A stretch of 64,000 nucleotides of DNA from Acidobacteriota bacterium (GTDB lineage: Bacteria > Acidobacteriota > Thermoanaerobaculia > Gp7-AA8). The DNA is taken from contig JAFATB010000005.1 of the NCBI GenBank assembly GCA_019244185.1, forward strand, positions 96,001 to 160,000, in the 5' to 3' direction. How positions within the stretch are numbered: the first letter of the stretch is position 1; each line of letters begins with the position of its first letter. Under the pieces are notes generated by a model that was not told where the DNA came from, did no database searches, and saw only the letters and a list, made by a program, of their open reading frames with translations. Below, piece after piece: positions 37,735 to 51,640 of this stretch. The position numbers and the translations under genes are program-made.

Positions 37735-37815
37735 GACGGAACGCTCTAGCAGAAGCGAGGCCAGCTGGCGTGTTTCTCTTCGGACGAGCCGCGCGTCTAA
37801 GCGTGCAAAAGGAGA

Positions 37816-39453
37816 ATGACCATGCGACGAATGGCTCTCGGGCTTGTGGCAGCGGCGGCGCTGCTGCTGGCGTCCTGTCAGAAGAATACGGCGGTCACGG
37901 ACGTGCCGATGAGCGCGGAGAACGGCGGATACGCGTATCCCGTCGCGGCGCCGCCACCGCCGCAGCAGCGGGCGGCGAACGCGGGCGACACCGCGTTGTT
38001 CGACGCGAAAGAGCGCGACGTCCCGATGAAGACCGAAGAGTACGGCCGCATCGAGGAGAACACCTTCCTCCGTCCCGCCGACAACCCGCTCTCCACCTTC
38101 TCCATCGACGTCGACCGCGCGTCGTACGCGAACGTGCGCCGGCTGCTGACGGCCGGCGAGCGTCCGCCGCGCGATGCCGTGCGCATCGAGGAGATGGTCA
38201 ACTACTTTACGTACGATTATCCCGATCCTTCAGGCAGCGATCCCTTCTCCATCACCACCGAGCTCGCGGCGTGTCCGTGGCAGAAGGACCATCGCCTGCT
38301 CCTCATCGGCCTGCAGGCGAAGCATCTCCGCACCGAGAACCTGCCGCCGAACAATCTGGTCTTCCTCATCGACACCTCGGGATCCATGGACGAGCCGGAC
38401 AAGCTGCCGCTGGTGCAGAGCGCGATGAGCCTTCTCGTCGATCAGCTGCGTCCGCAGGACCGCGTGGCCATCGTCACCTACGCGGGCAGCGCGGGACTCG
38501 TGCTGCCGTCAACGCCGGGCTCGGAGAAAGGCGCGATCCTCTCCGCGCTCGAAAACCTGCAGGCCGGCGGCTCGACCGCGGGCGGACAAGGCATCGTGCT
38601 CGCCTACGAAACCGCGAAAGCGAACTTCCTTCCGAAGGGCAACAACCGCGTGATCCTCGCCACCGACGGCGACTTCAACGTCGGTGTCACCAGCGACGGC
38701 GAGCTCGAACAGCTCATCGAATCGAAGCGCAACGACGGCATCTTCCTCACCGTCCTCGGATTCGGCACCGGCAACATCAAAGACTCGAAGATGGAGCTGC
38801 TGGCCGACAAGGGCAACGGCAACTACTCGTACATCGATACGATCGCCGAGGCGCGGAAATCGCTCGTGCAGGAGATGGGTGCGACGCTCTTCACGGTCGC
38901 GAAAGACGTGAAGATTCAGGTCGAGTTCAATCCCTCGCAGGTCGGCGCGTACCGGCTCATCGGCTACGAGAATCGCCTGCTCCGCGCCGAAGACTTCAAC
39001 AACGACAAGAAGGACGCGGGCGAGCTCGGCGCCGGACATTCGGTGACCGCGCTCTACGAGATCATTCCTCCGGGCGGCGACATCCCGAACGCGAGCGTCG
39101 ATCCGCTGAAGTACCAGAGCATCTCCGCGCAGCACTCCGGCGGCAGCGAGCTCGCGACCGTGAAGCTCCGCTACAAAGAGCCGGACGGCGACACGAGCAA
39201 GCTGCTCACCGAAGTCGTCGGCGCGGCGCCGGAACCTGCGCTGTCGGACAACCTGCGCCTCGCCGCGTCGGTCGCCGAGCTCGGCATGATCCTGCGCGGC
39301 TCGACGAACAAAGGAGACGCGTCGTTCGACGACGTCGAGCAGCTCGCGCGCTCGATCCGCGCGCGCGACGACAACGGCTATCGCGCCGACTTCCTCCAGC
39401 TCGTCGCGAAGGCGAAGGAAACCGGCGGCGTCGAACGCGTCGCATCTCAGTAG
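37816..39453 (+). CDS. VWA domain lipoprotein (YfbK-like)
   Basis: Lipobox LLASC; STFSIDVD.ASY; DTSGSM; ATDGDFNVG; YRLIGYENR. Confidence 0.9.
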   Translation: MTMRRMALGLVAAAALLLASCQKNTAVTDVPMSAENGGYAYPVAAPPPPQQRAANAGDTALFDAKERDVPMKTEEYGRIEENTFLRPADNPLSTFSIDVDRASYANVRRLLTAGERPPRDAVRIEEMVNYFTYDYPDPSGSDPFSITTELAACPWQKDHRLLLIGLQAKHLRTENLPPNNLVFLIDTSGSMDEPDKLPLVQSAMSLLVDQLRPQDRVAIVTYAGSAGLVLPSTPGSEKGAILSALENLQAGGSTAGGQGIVLAYETAKANFLPKGNNRVILATDGDFNVGVTSDGELEQLIESKRNDGIFLTVLGFGTGNIKDSKMELLADKGNGNYSYIDTIAEARKSLVQEMGATLFTVAKDVKIQVEFNPSQVGAYRLIGYENRLLRAEDFNNDKKDAGELGAGHSVTALYEIIPPGGDIPNASVDPLKYQSISAQHSGGSELATVKLRYKEPDGDTSKLLTEVVGAAPEPALSDNLRLAASVAELGMILRGSTNKGDASFDDVEQLARSIRARDDNGYRADFLQLVAKAKETGGVERVASQ

Positions 39454-39464
39454 AATCACGCGCC

Positions 39465-40658
39465 ATGCGCGCGCTGATCGCTGCCCTGCTCTTCGCCACG
39501 AACCTTCTCGCCGCGCCCGTCGTCATCCGCGCTCCGCGCGTGATCGACGGGCGCGGTCGTCTGCTGCAGAACGCCGCGGTGGTCGTCGACGGCGGAAAGA
39601 TCGTCGCCATCGACGAACATCCGACGCGCGCCGATATCGACCTGAAAGACGCGACGCTGATGCCGGGCGGCGTCGACACGCACGTGCACATCGCGTGGCA
39701 CTTCGACGCCGACGGCCGCTCGCACGATGACGAAACGGACCGCAACGAGACGCCGGCGGAGAGCGCGCTGTTCGCGGCCGAGAACGCGTATCGCACGGTG
39801 ATGGGCGGCATCACGACGGTGCAGTCGCTCGGCGCACCGATCGACAAGCCGCTGCGCGACGCGATCGCGCGCGGCACGCTGCCCGGGCCGCGCATCCTCA
39901 CGGCCATCGATCCGCTGTACGACGAGAAGCTCTCCGTCGCGGAGCTGCGCACGCAGGTCGACAAGGCCGCGGACGAAGGCGCGGACGTGATCAAAGTGTT
40001 CGCGTCGCAGAGCATCCGCACCGGCGGCGGACCGACGATGTCGCAGGAGCAGATGGACACGATCTGCGCCGAGGCGAAGGCGCGCGGGCTGCGCGTGGCG
40101 GTGCACGCGCATGGACCGGAGAGCGTGAAACGCGCGGTGCTCGCGGGCTGCACGTCGATCGAGCACGGCGCGCTCATCGGCCAGCCCGAGCTCGATCTCA
40201 TGGCGGCGCACGGGACGTACTTCGATCCGAACACCGACCTCGTCTTCCGCAATTACTTCGAGAACAAGTCGCACTTCCTCGGCATCGGCAGCTACACCGC
40301 GGAAGGTTTCGCCGCGATGGAGAACGCGGTGCCGCGCGTCCTCGACGTCTTTCAGAAAGGGCTGAAGACGAAAGGGCTGAAGATCGTGTTCGGCACCGAC
40401 GCCGTCGCCGGCGCGCACGGCCGCAATTTTCAGGAGCTCGAATACCGCGTGCGCACCGGCGGCCAGAATCCGATGGACGCGATCACGTCCGCCACGTCAC
40501 TCTCCGCCGAGTCCCTCGGCCTCGGCAATCGCATCGGCACGCTCGCGCCGGGCTACGACGCGGACCTGATCGCGGTCGCGGGTGATCCGCTGAAGGACAT
40601 CGGCGCGCTCGAGCACGTCGTCCTCGTGATGAAGGGCGGCCAGATCTTCAAGCGCTGA
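39465..40658 (+). CDS. Amidohydrolase family protein, secreted
   Basis: PGGVDTHVH; VIKV; AVHAHG; SIEHG; FGTD; G.LAPGYDADLI. Confidence 0.9.
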   Translation: MRALIAALLFATNLLAAPVVIRAPRVIDGRGRLLQNAAVVVDGGKIVAIDEHPTRADIDLKDATLMPGGVDTHVHIAWHFDADGRSHDDETDRNETPAESALFAAENAYRTVMGGITTVQSLGAPIDKPLRDAIARGTLPGPRILTAIDPLYDEKLSVAELRTQVDKAADEGADVIKVFASQSIRTGGGPTMSQEQMDTICAEAKARGLRVAVHAHGPESVKRAVLAGCTSIEHGALIGQPELDLMAAHGTYFDPNTDLVFRNYFENKSHFLGIGSYTAEGFAAMENAVPRVLDVFQKGLKTKGLKIVFGTDAVAGAHGRNFQELEYRVRTGGQNPMDAITSATSLSAESLGLGNRIGTLAPGYDADLIAVAGDPLKDIGALEHVVLVMKGGQIFKR

Positions 40659-40667
40659 CGCGCGCGC

Positions 40668-42812
40668 TCACGCGAGATCCTCGGCACGGATCGGCAGCTT
40701 GCGCACGCGCTTCCCCGTCGCGGCGTGAATCGCGTTCACAAGCGCCGGCACCATCGGCGGCACGGGCGGCTCGCCGGCGCCGAACGGCGTGTCGCCGTGG
40801 CTCGGGATCAGATGCACTTCGATCTTCGGCGCCTCGTCGATGCGCAGCACTTCGAAGTCGCGATAGCTCGACTGCTCGGCGCCGCCGTTGCGGAACGTGA
40901 GCTCGCTCTTCAGCGCCGACGAGAGACTCCAGATCACGCCGCCTTCGACCTGCGCCTCGATGCCCGCGGGATTGACGACGACGCCGCAGTCGAAGACGCA
41001 GACGACGCGATCGACGCGAATCTTTCCTTCGCGCACGGTGACTTCGGCGCTGTACGCGACGTGCGTGTCGCCGTCATAGACGTTGCACGCCATCCCGCGG
41101 CCGGAGCCTTTCGGCAGCGGCTTGCCCCAGTCGGATTTCGCGCGCAGCGTTTCGAGCACGCGGCGCAGACGCGGGCGATCGATCGTGACGTCGCCGGCCG
41201 TGAGCTTCTCCGCGCCGCCGAGGTGCGCGAGCCGGAACTCGATCGGATCGAGGCCGGCGGCGTGCGCGAGCTCGTCGAGGAAACTCTCTCGCGCGAAGGT
41301 CGACGACGGCGAGAACACCGCACGCCACGGTCCGATCGGCACCGGCGTCGCGACGGGAAGGTACGCGGTCTCGATGAACGGGATGTCGTACGGCACGTCG
41401 TAGACGCCCCACGAGATGTCGCGGAAGAACGTCGGATCCTGCATCTGCTCGGCGGTCGGCTTCGAGCGCGCGTTGTGCGGCGACGAGACTTTCTTGTGCG
41501 ACCACGAGACGAGCTTGCCGTCGGCGTCGAAGCCCGCGCTCATCTGATGCAGCGACGCCGCCTGGAAGTAGCCGTGCTTCATGTCGTCCGCGCGGCTCCA
41601 GAGCACCTGCACCGGACCACCGCCGGCGGCTTTCGATACTTCCGCCGCTTCGACCGCGTAGTCCCAGCCGAGGCGGCGACCGAAGCCGCCGCCGATGAGC
41701 GTGACGTGCACGGTGACGTTGTCCTGCGGGATGCCGAGGAGCGTCGCGACGTTTTTGCGGACATCCTGCGGCGCCTGCGTCGGTGACCAGAGCTCGCAGC
41801 GATCGCCGCGCACATCGGCGACGGTGTTCATCGTCTCGACCGGCGCGTGCGCGTAGAACGGATACTGATACGTGCTCTCGATGCGCTTCACGACCGGCGA
41901 CGAAATGCTGCCGTCTTTGCGCGTCGTGAAGCCGGGCTGCGCCGCCGCCTCGCGCATGCGCTGCGCGTGGAGCGCGGAGCTGAACTCCGCGTTCGGTCCC
42001 GCGTCGAAGACGACGTCGAGCGCTTCGCGTCCTTTGAGCGCGGCCCACGTGTGGTCCGCGATGACCGCGACGCCGGTCGAGACCTGCACGACCGCGCGGA
42101 CGCCGGCGATTTTCTTCGCGCGCGTCGCATCGAACGACTTGACCGAGCCGCCGAGCACCGGCGGACGCACGACGGTCGCGTAACGCATGCGCGGCACGCG
42201 CACGTCGATGCCGTACCGCGCGCGGCCGGTGACGATGTCGTGGCCATCGAGACGTCGCGTCGCTTTGCCGATGATGCGGAACTCGCTCGCGTTCTTCAGC
42301 GGCACGTTTTCCGGCACCGGCAACGCCGCCGCTGCGGCAACGAGTTCGCCGTACGGAATGCGCTGCTGCAGCACATCAGACACGACAAAGCCGCGCTCCG
42401 CGCGCAGCGACGCGCGCTCGACGCCGAGACGCGCCGCGGCCGCGGTCAGCAACAACTCGCGCGCGGTCGCGCCGGCCTGCCGCAACGGCTTCCACTGCGA
42501 CTGCACGCTGAAGCTGCCGCCGGTGCCGAGACTGCGATACTGCGGCCCCGGCGAGGCCTGCTCGAGCCGGACCTTGGTCCAGTCGGCTTCCAGCTCTTCC
42601 GCGAGAATCATCGGCAGCGACGTCCGCACGCCCTGCCCCATCTCCGACTTGCCGACGACGATCGTCACCGTGCCGTCCGCCGCGATGCGTACCCACGCGT
42701 TGGGCTGGAACACCTTCCCGTCATCCGCATCGGCCTCGTCAAACCGAAACCCGATCGCGAGCGCGGATCCCGCGAGCAGCGACACTTTCAAAAACTCGCG
42801 GCGCGTGGTCAC
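40668..42812 (-). CDS. Molybdopterin oxidoreductase large subunit (isoquinoline 1-oxidoreductase beta-like), Tat signal
   Basis: TRREFLK; EMGQG; GGGFGRR; AQVEGG; GAGEP; GTG start overlaps the upstream stop. Confidence 0.92.
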   Translation of the reverse strand: MTTRREFLKVSLLAGSALAIGFRFDEADADDGKVFQPNAWVRIAADGTVTIVVGKSEMGQGVRTSLPMILAEELEADWTKVRLEQASPGPQYRSLGTGGSFSVQSQWKPLRQAGATARELLLTAAAARLGVERASLRAERGFVVSDVLQQRIPYGELVAAAAALPVPENVPLKNASEFRIIGKATRRLDGHDIVTGRARYGIDVRVPRMRYATVVRPPVLGGSVKSFDATRAKKIAGVRAVVQVSTGVAVIADHTWAALKGREALDVVFDAGPNAEFSSALHAQRMREAAAQPGFTTRKDGSISSPVVKRIESTYQYPFYAHAPVETMNTVADVRGDRCELWSPTQAPQDVRKNVATLLGIPQDNVTVHVTLIGGGFGRRLGWDYAVEAAEVSKAAGGGPVQVLWSRADDMKHGYFQAASLHQMSAGFDADGKLVSWSHKKVSSPHNARSKPTAEQMQDPTFFRDISWGVYDVPYDIPFIETAYLPVATPVPIGPWRAVFSPSSTFARESFLDELAHAAGLDPIEFRLAHLGGAEKLTAGDVTIDRPRLRRVLETLRAKSDWGKPLPKGSGRGMACNVYDGDTHVAYSAEVTVREGKIRVDRVVCVFDCGVVVNPAGIEAQVEGGVIWSLSSALKSELTFRNGGAEQSSYRDFEVLRIDEAPKIEVHLIPSHGDTPFGAGEPPVPPMVPALVNAIHAATGKRVRKLPIRAEDLA

Positions 42813-43273
42813 TTCGTGCCTCCGAGCTTCGCCGCCGTATGCACCGCGCGACGAATGCGCACGTACGTTCCGCACCGGCACACGGAGTCGCGCAACGCCG
42901 CGTCGATGTCCGCATCGCTCGGCTTCGGCGTCCGCCGCAGCAGCGCACACGCGTTCATGATCATCCCCGCCTGGCAATAGCCACATTGCGAGACGTCCTC
43001 TTCCAACCACGCGCGCTGACACGGATGCGTGCCGTCGCTCGACAATCCTTCAATCGTCGTGAACCGCTTCCCCTGCGCCTCCGCCGCCGTGACCTGACAC
43101 GCCCGCACCGCACGATCGCCTTCGAGCACCGTGCACGCGCCGCACACGCCAACCCCACACCCGAACTTCGTCCCGGTCATGCCGAGCAGGTCACGCAGGA
43201 TCCATAACAACGGCATCGCGCCGTCGACATCGACCGCCTCGTCCCGCCCATTGACGCTGAACCGGATCGTCAT
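42809..43273 (-). CDS. (2Fe-2S) small subunit (IorA-like)
   Basis: GTKFGCGVGVCGACTV; QCGYCQ; CRCGTY. Confidence 0.94.
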   Translation of the reverse strand: MTIRFSVNGRDEAVDVDGAMPLLWILRDLLGMTGTKFGCGVGVCGACTVLEGDRAVRACQVTAAEAQGKRFTTIEGLSSDGTHPCQRAWLEEDVSQCGYCQAGMIMNACALLRRTPKPSDADIDAALRDSVCRCGTYVRIRRAVHTAAKLGGTK

Positions 43274-43336
43274 GCGCCAACGGTAGCGAACGTTGCACGG
43301 ACGGTGTGCGCAACATCTGGTGAACGGATGTGACGA

Positions 43337-43489
43337 AGAGCGCCTCCGGCGGGGCGGCGCGGCCGCCAGCGCTAAGGGCTTAGCCAGTACGCACGTGCGG
43401 CTGCAGTCAACGTCGTTCAGCGCGACCGCACGTGCGTACTGGCTAAGCCCTTAGCGCTGCCGGCCGCGCCGGCCCGCCGGAGGCGCTCT
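43337..43489. repeat. Large palindromic intergenic element, copy 2
   Basis: 64-bp arms 43337-43400 / 43426-43489 with 2 mismatches; outer GAGCGCCTCCGGCGGGGCGGCGCGGCCGCC identical to copy 1. Confidence 0.9.
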
Positions 43490-43495
43490 AGGTCG

Positions 43496-43840
43496 TTACT
43501 CCAATAACAGCGTAACGAGTGCAGCCGCGTCGTACGTGTCGCCGAGTAGTTCACGCACGATGGTGCGGGTGTCGTCGTTTTCCTGGGCTTCACCGATCAG
43601 CGACGCGAGCACGCGGCGGAGGTCGCCGTGGAGCAGGTCGGTTTCGCCGCGGAGCACGTCGGCGACGAGGGCGGCTTTCGAGGGCCAGCGGCGGTAGATC
43701 GTCGTTTTCGCGACGCCGGCGCGGCGGGCGATCTCGTCGAGCGTGATTGCGCCGTAGCGTTGCGTGCGGAGGAGCTCCGCGGCGGCGCCGAGGATGTCCG
43801 CGTCCGATTCGGCGCGACGGGGGCGGCCGCGGGGTGCCAT
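43496..43840 (-). CDS. Short TetR-family regulator
   Basis: GRPR; ILGAAAELL; TLDEIARRAGVAKTTIYRRWPSKAAL; very short C-terminus. Confidence 0.85.
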   Translation of the reverse strand: MAPRGRPRRAESDADILGAAAELLRTQRYGAITLDEIARRAGVAKTTIYRRWPSKAALVADVLRGETDLLHGDLRRVLASLIGEAQENDDTRTIVRELLGDTYDAAALVTLLLE

Positions 43841-43844
43841 CGCG

Positions 43845-46409
<2,565 letters not shown>

Positions 46410-46470
46410 ACTCCCAGCTTCTTCGACGCGAGTGTAGCACGCACGACGCGTGCCGTGATGCAGTCAACGC

Positions 46471-46505
46471 GCGGCCGCGCGCGAGTTCAATGCGCGCGCG
46501 GCCGC
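46471..46505. repeat. 13-bp GC hairpin between tandem genes (possible terminator)
   Basis: GCGGCCGCGCGCG-N9-CGCGCGCGGCCGC; no clear U-tract. Confidence 0.5.
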
Positions 46506-46514
46506 AGCATGCGA

Positions 46515-47624
46515 TCAATAGTGAGGAGGATCGACCGTCGGTCCGCCGATGTCGAACGAGCCGTTCATCGTCGTGTGTCCTTCGCCGCACGTCTCGTGCG
46601 TGCAGAAGTAGATGTACGTCCCTTCGCTCGGCAGCGTGATCACGCGCTCGACGGCGTTCATCGTGACCGGATCGACCTGGATCAGCAGTTCGTCGTGCGG
46701 TCCGACGAGCGTGAAGCCGTGTACGTCTTCCGACGTGCGGATGATGAACTTCACCGTGTCGCCGGCGTGCAGCGGCTTCGACGGCGTCACCGTGTAATCC
46801 CAGTTGCGCGCGACGACGTCCACCGTCGTCTGCTGCGGCGGCTGATTCGTCGGCGCCACGCCCGTATCTTCCGACGCCGTGACGAACGTCGGATCCTCGG
46901 CACCGTTGTCGACGATCGAGCCCCACACGAACAGCGGCTGATCCGAGTCGTAGCTGATCCACGAGTCGGTGAGATCGGCGGTTGGCGCATCGAACGTGTC
47001 GGTGATGCGCGTCGGCGCGATCGCGGCGAACGGCGGCATGTCGATGGTGGCGGTGGCGACGACGGCGTTCAGCTTGTCGTACAGCTTCATCGTCATGTGC
47101 GCGGCGGTCGCGTTCGGATTCACCGCGCCCCAGTTCGTGCGGAACGACGCCGGCGAGCCCGCGAGCGTGGTGTCGCCGTTCTTGAGCTGCAGCAGCGCGC
47201 CCTTGCGCTTCGCGTCGGTCGAGGTGAGTCCCGGCACGAACTGGCCGAGCGTGCCGTGCTGGTGATCGGCGCGCTTGTCGGCGTAGATGCGCTCGGTGGC
47301 GAGGAAGTCGTCGTCGGACGTGAGGCGGATCGCGCCGAGCGCCGGGCCGCCGCCGAACATCGAATGCACGACGTCGTCGTAGATCGCCATCGACCGCTTC
47401 GGGACCGTGATCGTCTTCGTCGCGACGCCGCTGTTGTCGCCGTTGCCGGTCGGCAGATAGCGCGCGGTGATGGTGATGTCTTTGTCGAACGACGGATTCA
47501 GGATGCGCGCGTCGGCGAAGAAGCCGTTCGCGCTGCCGCCGATGGAAATGTAGATATCTTTAGCAAAGGCGGATGTTGCAAAAATCAGAGTAGTCAGAAG
47601 TAACGTCCGTGCACGCATCGTCAT
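46515..47624 (-). CDS. Secreted protein with C-terminal cupredoxin (CuA-like) domain
   Basis: Signal peptide ending SAFA; DVHGF...YFCTHETCGEGHTTM. Confidence 0.8.
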   Translation of the reverse strand: MTMRARTLLLTTLIFATSAFAKDIYISIGGSANGFFADARILNPSFDKDITITARYLPTGNGDNSGVATKTITVPKRSMAIYDDVVHSMFGGGPALGAIRLTSDDDFLATERIYADKRADHQHGTLGQFVPGLTSTDAKRKGALLQLKNGDTTLAGSPASFRTNWGAVNPNATAAHMTMKLYDKLNAVVATATIDMPPFAAIAPTRITDTFDAPTADLTDSWISYDSDQPLFVWGSIVDNGAEDPTFVTASEDTGVAPTNQPPQQTTVDVVARNWDYTVTPSKPLHAGDTVKFIIRTSEDVHGFTLVGPHDELLIQVDPVTMNAVERVITLPSEGTYIYFCTHETCGEGHTTMNGSFDIGGPTVDPPHY

Positions 47625-47708
47625 CCTCCCGGTTTACGGATGGACGGATCATAGTCGCGAAGCGCTTACATCGGAGCAGGTTGTTACCGATTCGTGACGG
47701 CGAAATCG

Positions 47709-49295
47709 TCAGGCCGCACGGACGCGGGAGAGCCCGAGCATGCCGAGGATCACGGCGGCCGCGCGCTCGCCCGACTCGACCGCCGAGTTCATGAAGCCGG
47801 ACTCGTCGACGGTGTGCTCGCCGGCGAACACGAGGCGCCCCTGCGGCCGCGCGAGCGCGCCGTAGTAACGCTGATACTGGCCGGGCTCGTAGCAGGTGTA
47901 GCTGCCGAGGGACCACTCGTACTTCGGCCAGATCTGCCGGACGGCTTGTCCGGTGTACGCGGAGGCGACGCCGGGAAAGACCTTGTCCGCCATGCCGGCG
48001 AAGTCGCGCGCGCGATCCTGCAGCGCGCCTTCGCCGACGACGAAACCCTGGCGTCCGCCGGTGAAGTTCGTGAGGATGCCGTGCGTGCCGGCCTGGCCGC
48101 GGCTCGTTTCCCAGCACGCCTGAAACGCGAGATCGGTGAACGTGTACGCGCTGACGTTCATCTGCACCCACGGCCGCGCATTGGTGCCGATCATCAGCTT
48201 CGAGTTCGTGCCGTAGCCCTGCTTCTGGATCGCCTCGCGCTGGATGGGCGTGAGGTCGAGGCGCGTGAGATCGAGCTTGCGCATGACCGGAAGCGGAATC
48301 GTCGTCACGAGGATGTCGGCCTTGATCGTCGCGGGCGCGGAGCCGCGGCGCACGGCGACGTCGAACCCGCCGTCGCGGCTGCGGATCGCTTCGACCGCGG
48401 TGCCGAGTTGCACGGACGCGTCGAGCTCCTGCGCGAGACGAATGGGAATCGTGGCGTTGCCGCCGCGCGTGCGATAGCGCTCGCTGCTGCCGCCGAAGAG
48501 CTCGAACATGCCGGGCGCGGTGCCGACCGAGCAGAGGAAGTTCAGCGCGCTCTGGCGATCGAGCTCGAGGCCGAACTCGCCGACGTACGCCGCGTTGATG
48601 AGGTTGCGGATCGTGCCGGTGACGCCGTTCTTGTCGAGCCACTGCGCGATGCTCATCGCGTCGAGCTCCTTGCCGCGTTCCGTGCCGCTGTTCCACGTCA
48701 CGTCGCAGTTCGCGCCGTCGTCGCCGATCTCGCGCCGCACCAGCGCCGCGATCGGACGGAACGCCTCGATCCAGTCGGCGTCGACTTTCGAGAGCTTGCC
48801 GTCGAAGTAGTAGTCGTGTCCCGCCGAGCCGTCGAGATACGCGAGATCGAGCAGCTCGATGCCGAGCTCCTTCGCGAGATTGCGGATCGCGTGATGTTCG
48901 GTGTCGATGAGCTCTCCGCCGAGCTCCGCGATCTGATCGTCGGGAAAGTAGTTCGCGAGCGAGTACATGCGCCCGCCGACGCGCGGCGCGGCTTCGACGA
49001 TGAACGACGCGACGCCACTCTGCTGCAGGCGATACGCGCACGTGAGTCCCGCCGCGCCCGCGCCGAGAATCACGACGCGCCCGGCGTCCTGCGCGCGTGC
49101 GACGCGTGGGAAGAGCAGCGGCGCGACCGCGGCCCCGGCGGCCGCCGACGCGGACGCGCGCAGAAACTTGCGGCGGCTCCACGCCGCTTCCGCGGCGCGT
49201 TCGATCGCGACGTCGGTCGGCGTGCCGCTGCGCTCGAGCGCATCGGCAGCGCGCATCGCAACGCGAAGGCGGGAGAACAGCTCGCTTTTCGGCAT
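47709..49295 (-). CDS. Flavin monoamine oxidase family protein
   Basis: SRRKFL Tat-like motif; GAGAAGL; EA..RVGGR; ELGGE; FAGEHT; GFMNSAVESG. Confidence 0.9.
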   Translation of the reverse strand: MPKSELFSRLRVAMRAADALERSGTPTDVAIERAAEAAWSRRKFLRASASAAAGAAVAPLLFPRVARAQDAGRVVILGAGAAGLTCAYRLQQSGVASFIVEAAPRVGGRMYSLANYFPDDQIAELGGELIDTEHHAIRNLAKELGIELLDLAYLDGSAGHDYYFDGKLSKVDADWIEAFRPIAALVRREIGDDGANCDVTWNSGTERGKELDAMSIAQWLDKNGVTGTIRNLINAAYVGEFGLELDRQSALNFLCSVGTAPGMFELFGGSSERYRTRGGNATIPIRLAQELDASVQLGTAVEAIRSRDGGFDVAVRRGSAPATIKADILVTTIPLPVMRKLDLTRLDLTPIQREAIQKQGYGTNSKLMIGTNARPWVQMNVSAYTFTDLAFQACWETSRGQAGTHGILTNFTGGRQGFVVGEGALQDRARDFAGMADKVFPGVASAYTGQAVRQIWPKYEWSLGSYTCYEPGQYQRYYGALARPQGRLVFAGEHTVDESGFMNSAVESGERAAAVILGMLGLSRVRAA

Positions 49296-49334
49296 GGGGA
49301 AAGAATACCCGATGCCGTCAGCGCGTCGCTCACA

Positions 49335-51101
<1,767 letters not shown>

Positions 51102-51117
51102 CTGGTTCTCCCGGACC

Positions 51118-51603
51118 TCAACTATATGTCGGCTTCACCTTGGCGAGGAACGCGCCAAGTCCCTTCTGCGGCTCGCCGATGGCGAAGAGGCGTGCGAACG
51201 CGGCGCGTTCGAGTGCGTCGCCGCCGCGCATGCGCACGAGCGCCGCGGCGGTATCGAGAGCGATAACGCTGCGGCCGCGCATCCATTCCGCGAGCCACGC
51301 GTCGGGCGCGACGCTGGTCACGTCATCGCACAGCCCCGCGTCGCGCGCCTCGGCCGCGGTCAGCGGCGACGTCACGCGCACGACCCCGCGCCCGAGCCGC
51401 CACGCCGCCCCCGCCCACCCTTCCGGCGCATCGAGCATGAGCCGCGCGTCTTCATGCAACACCGCAAAGTCGGCGAACAGCAACGCCGCCGCGGCGAGGC
51501 CGCGGACGTCGCCATCTGCGTACGCGACGACGAGGCCGGACGTCGCGAAGAGGTCTTCGAGCGAGGTCAGCGCGCGGAGCGCGGCGGGATCGAGAAAGCG
51601 CAT
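51118..51603 (-). CDS. Divergent, short enoyl-CoA hydratase/crotonase-like protein
   Basis: [15 protein letters not shown]; C-terminal [15 protein letters not shown] typical of crotonases. Confidence 0.65.
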   Translation of the reverse strand: MRFLDPAALRALTSLEDLFATSGLVVAYADGDVRGLAAAALLFADFAVLHEDARLMLDAPEGWAGAAWRLGRGVVRVTSPLTAAEARDAGLCDDVTSVAPDAWLAEWMRGRSVIALDTAAALVRMRGGDALERAAFARLFAIGEPQKGLGAFLAKVKPTYS

Positions 51604-51640
51604 CGCGTGGCGATTTTACGGCGGCTACACTGACGGCATC

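Noticed and set aside
47709-49295. Tat motif placed about 40 residues into the amine oxidase
   Set aside because: Long n-regions occur in Tat substrates; nothing else suggests a novel arrangement.
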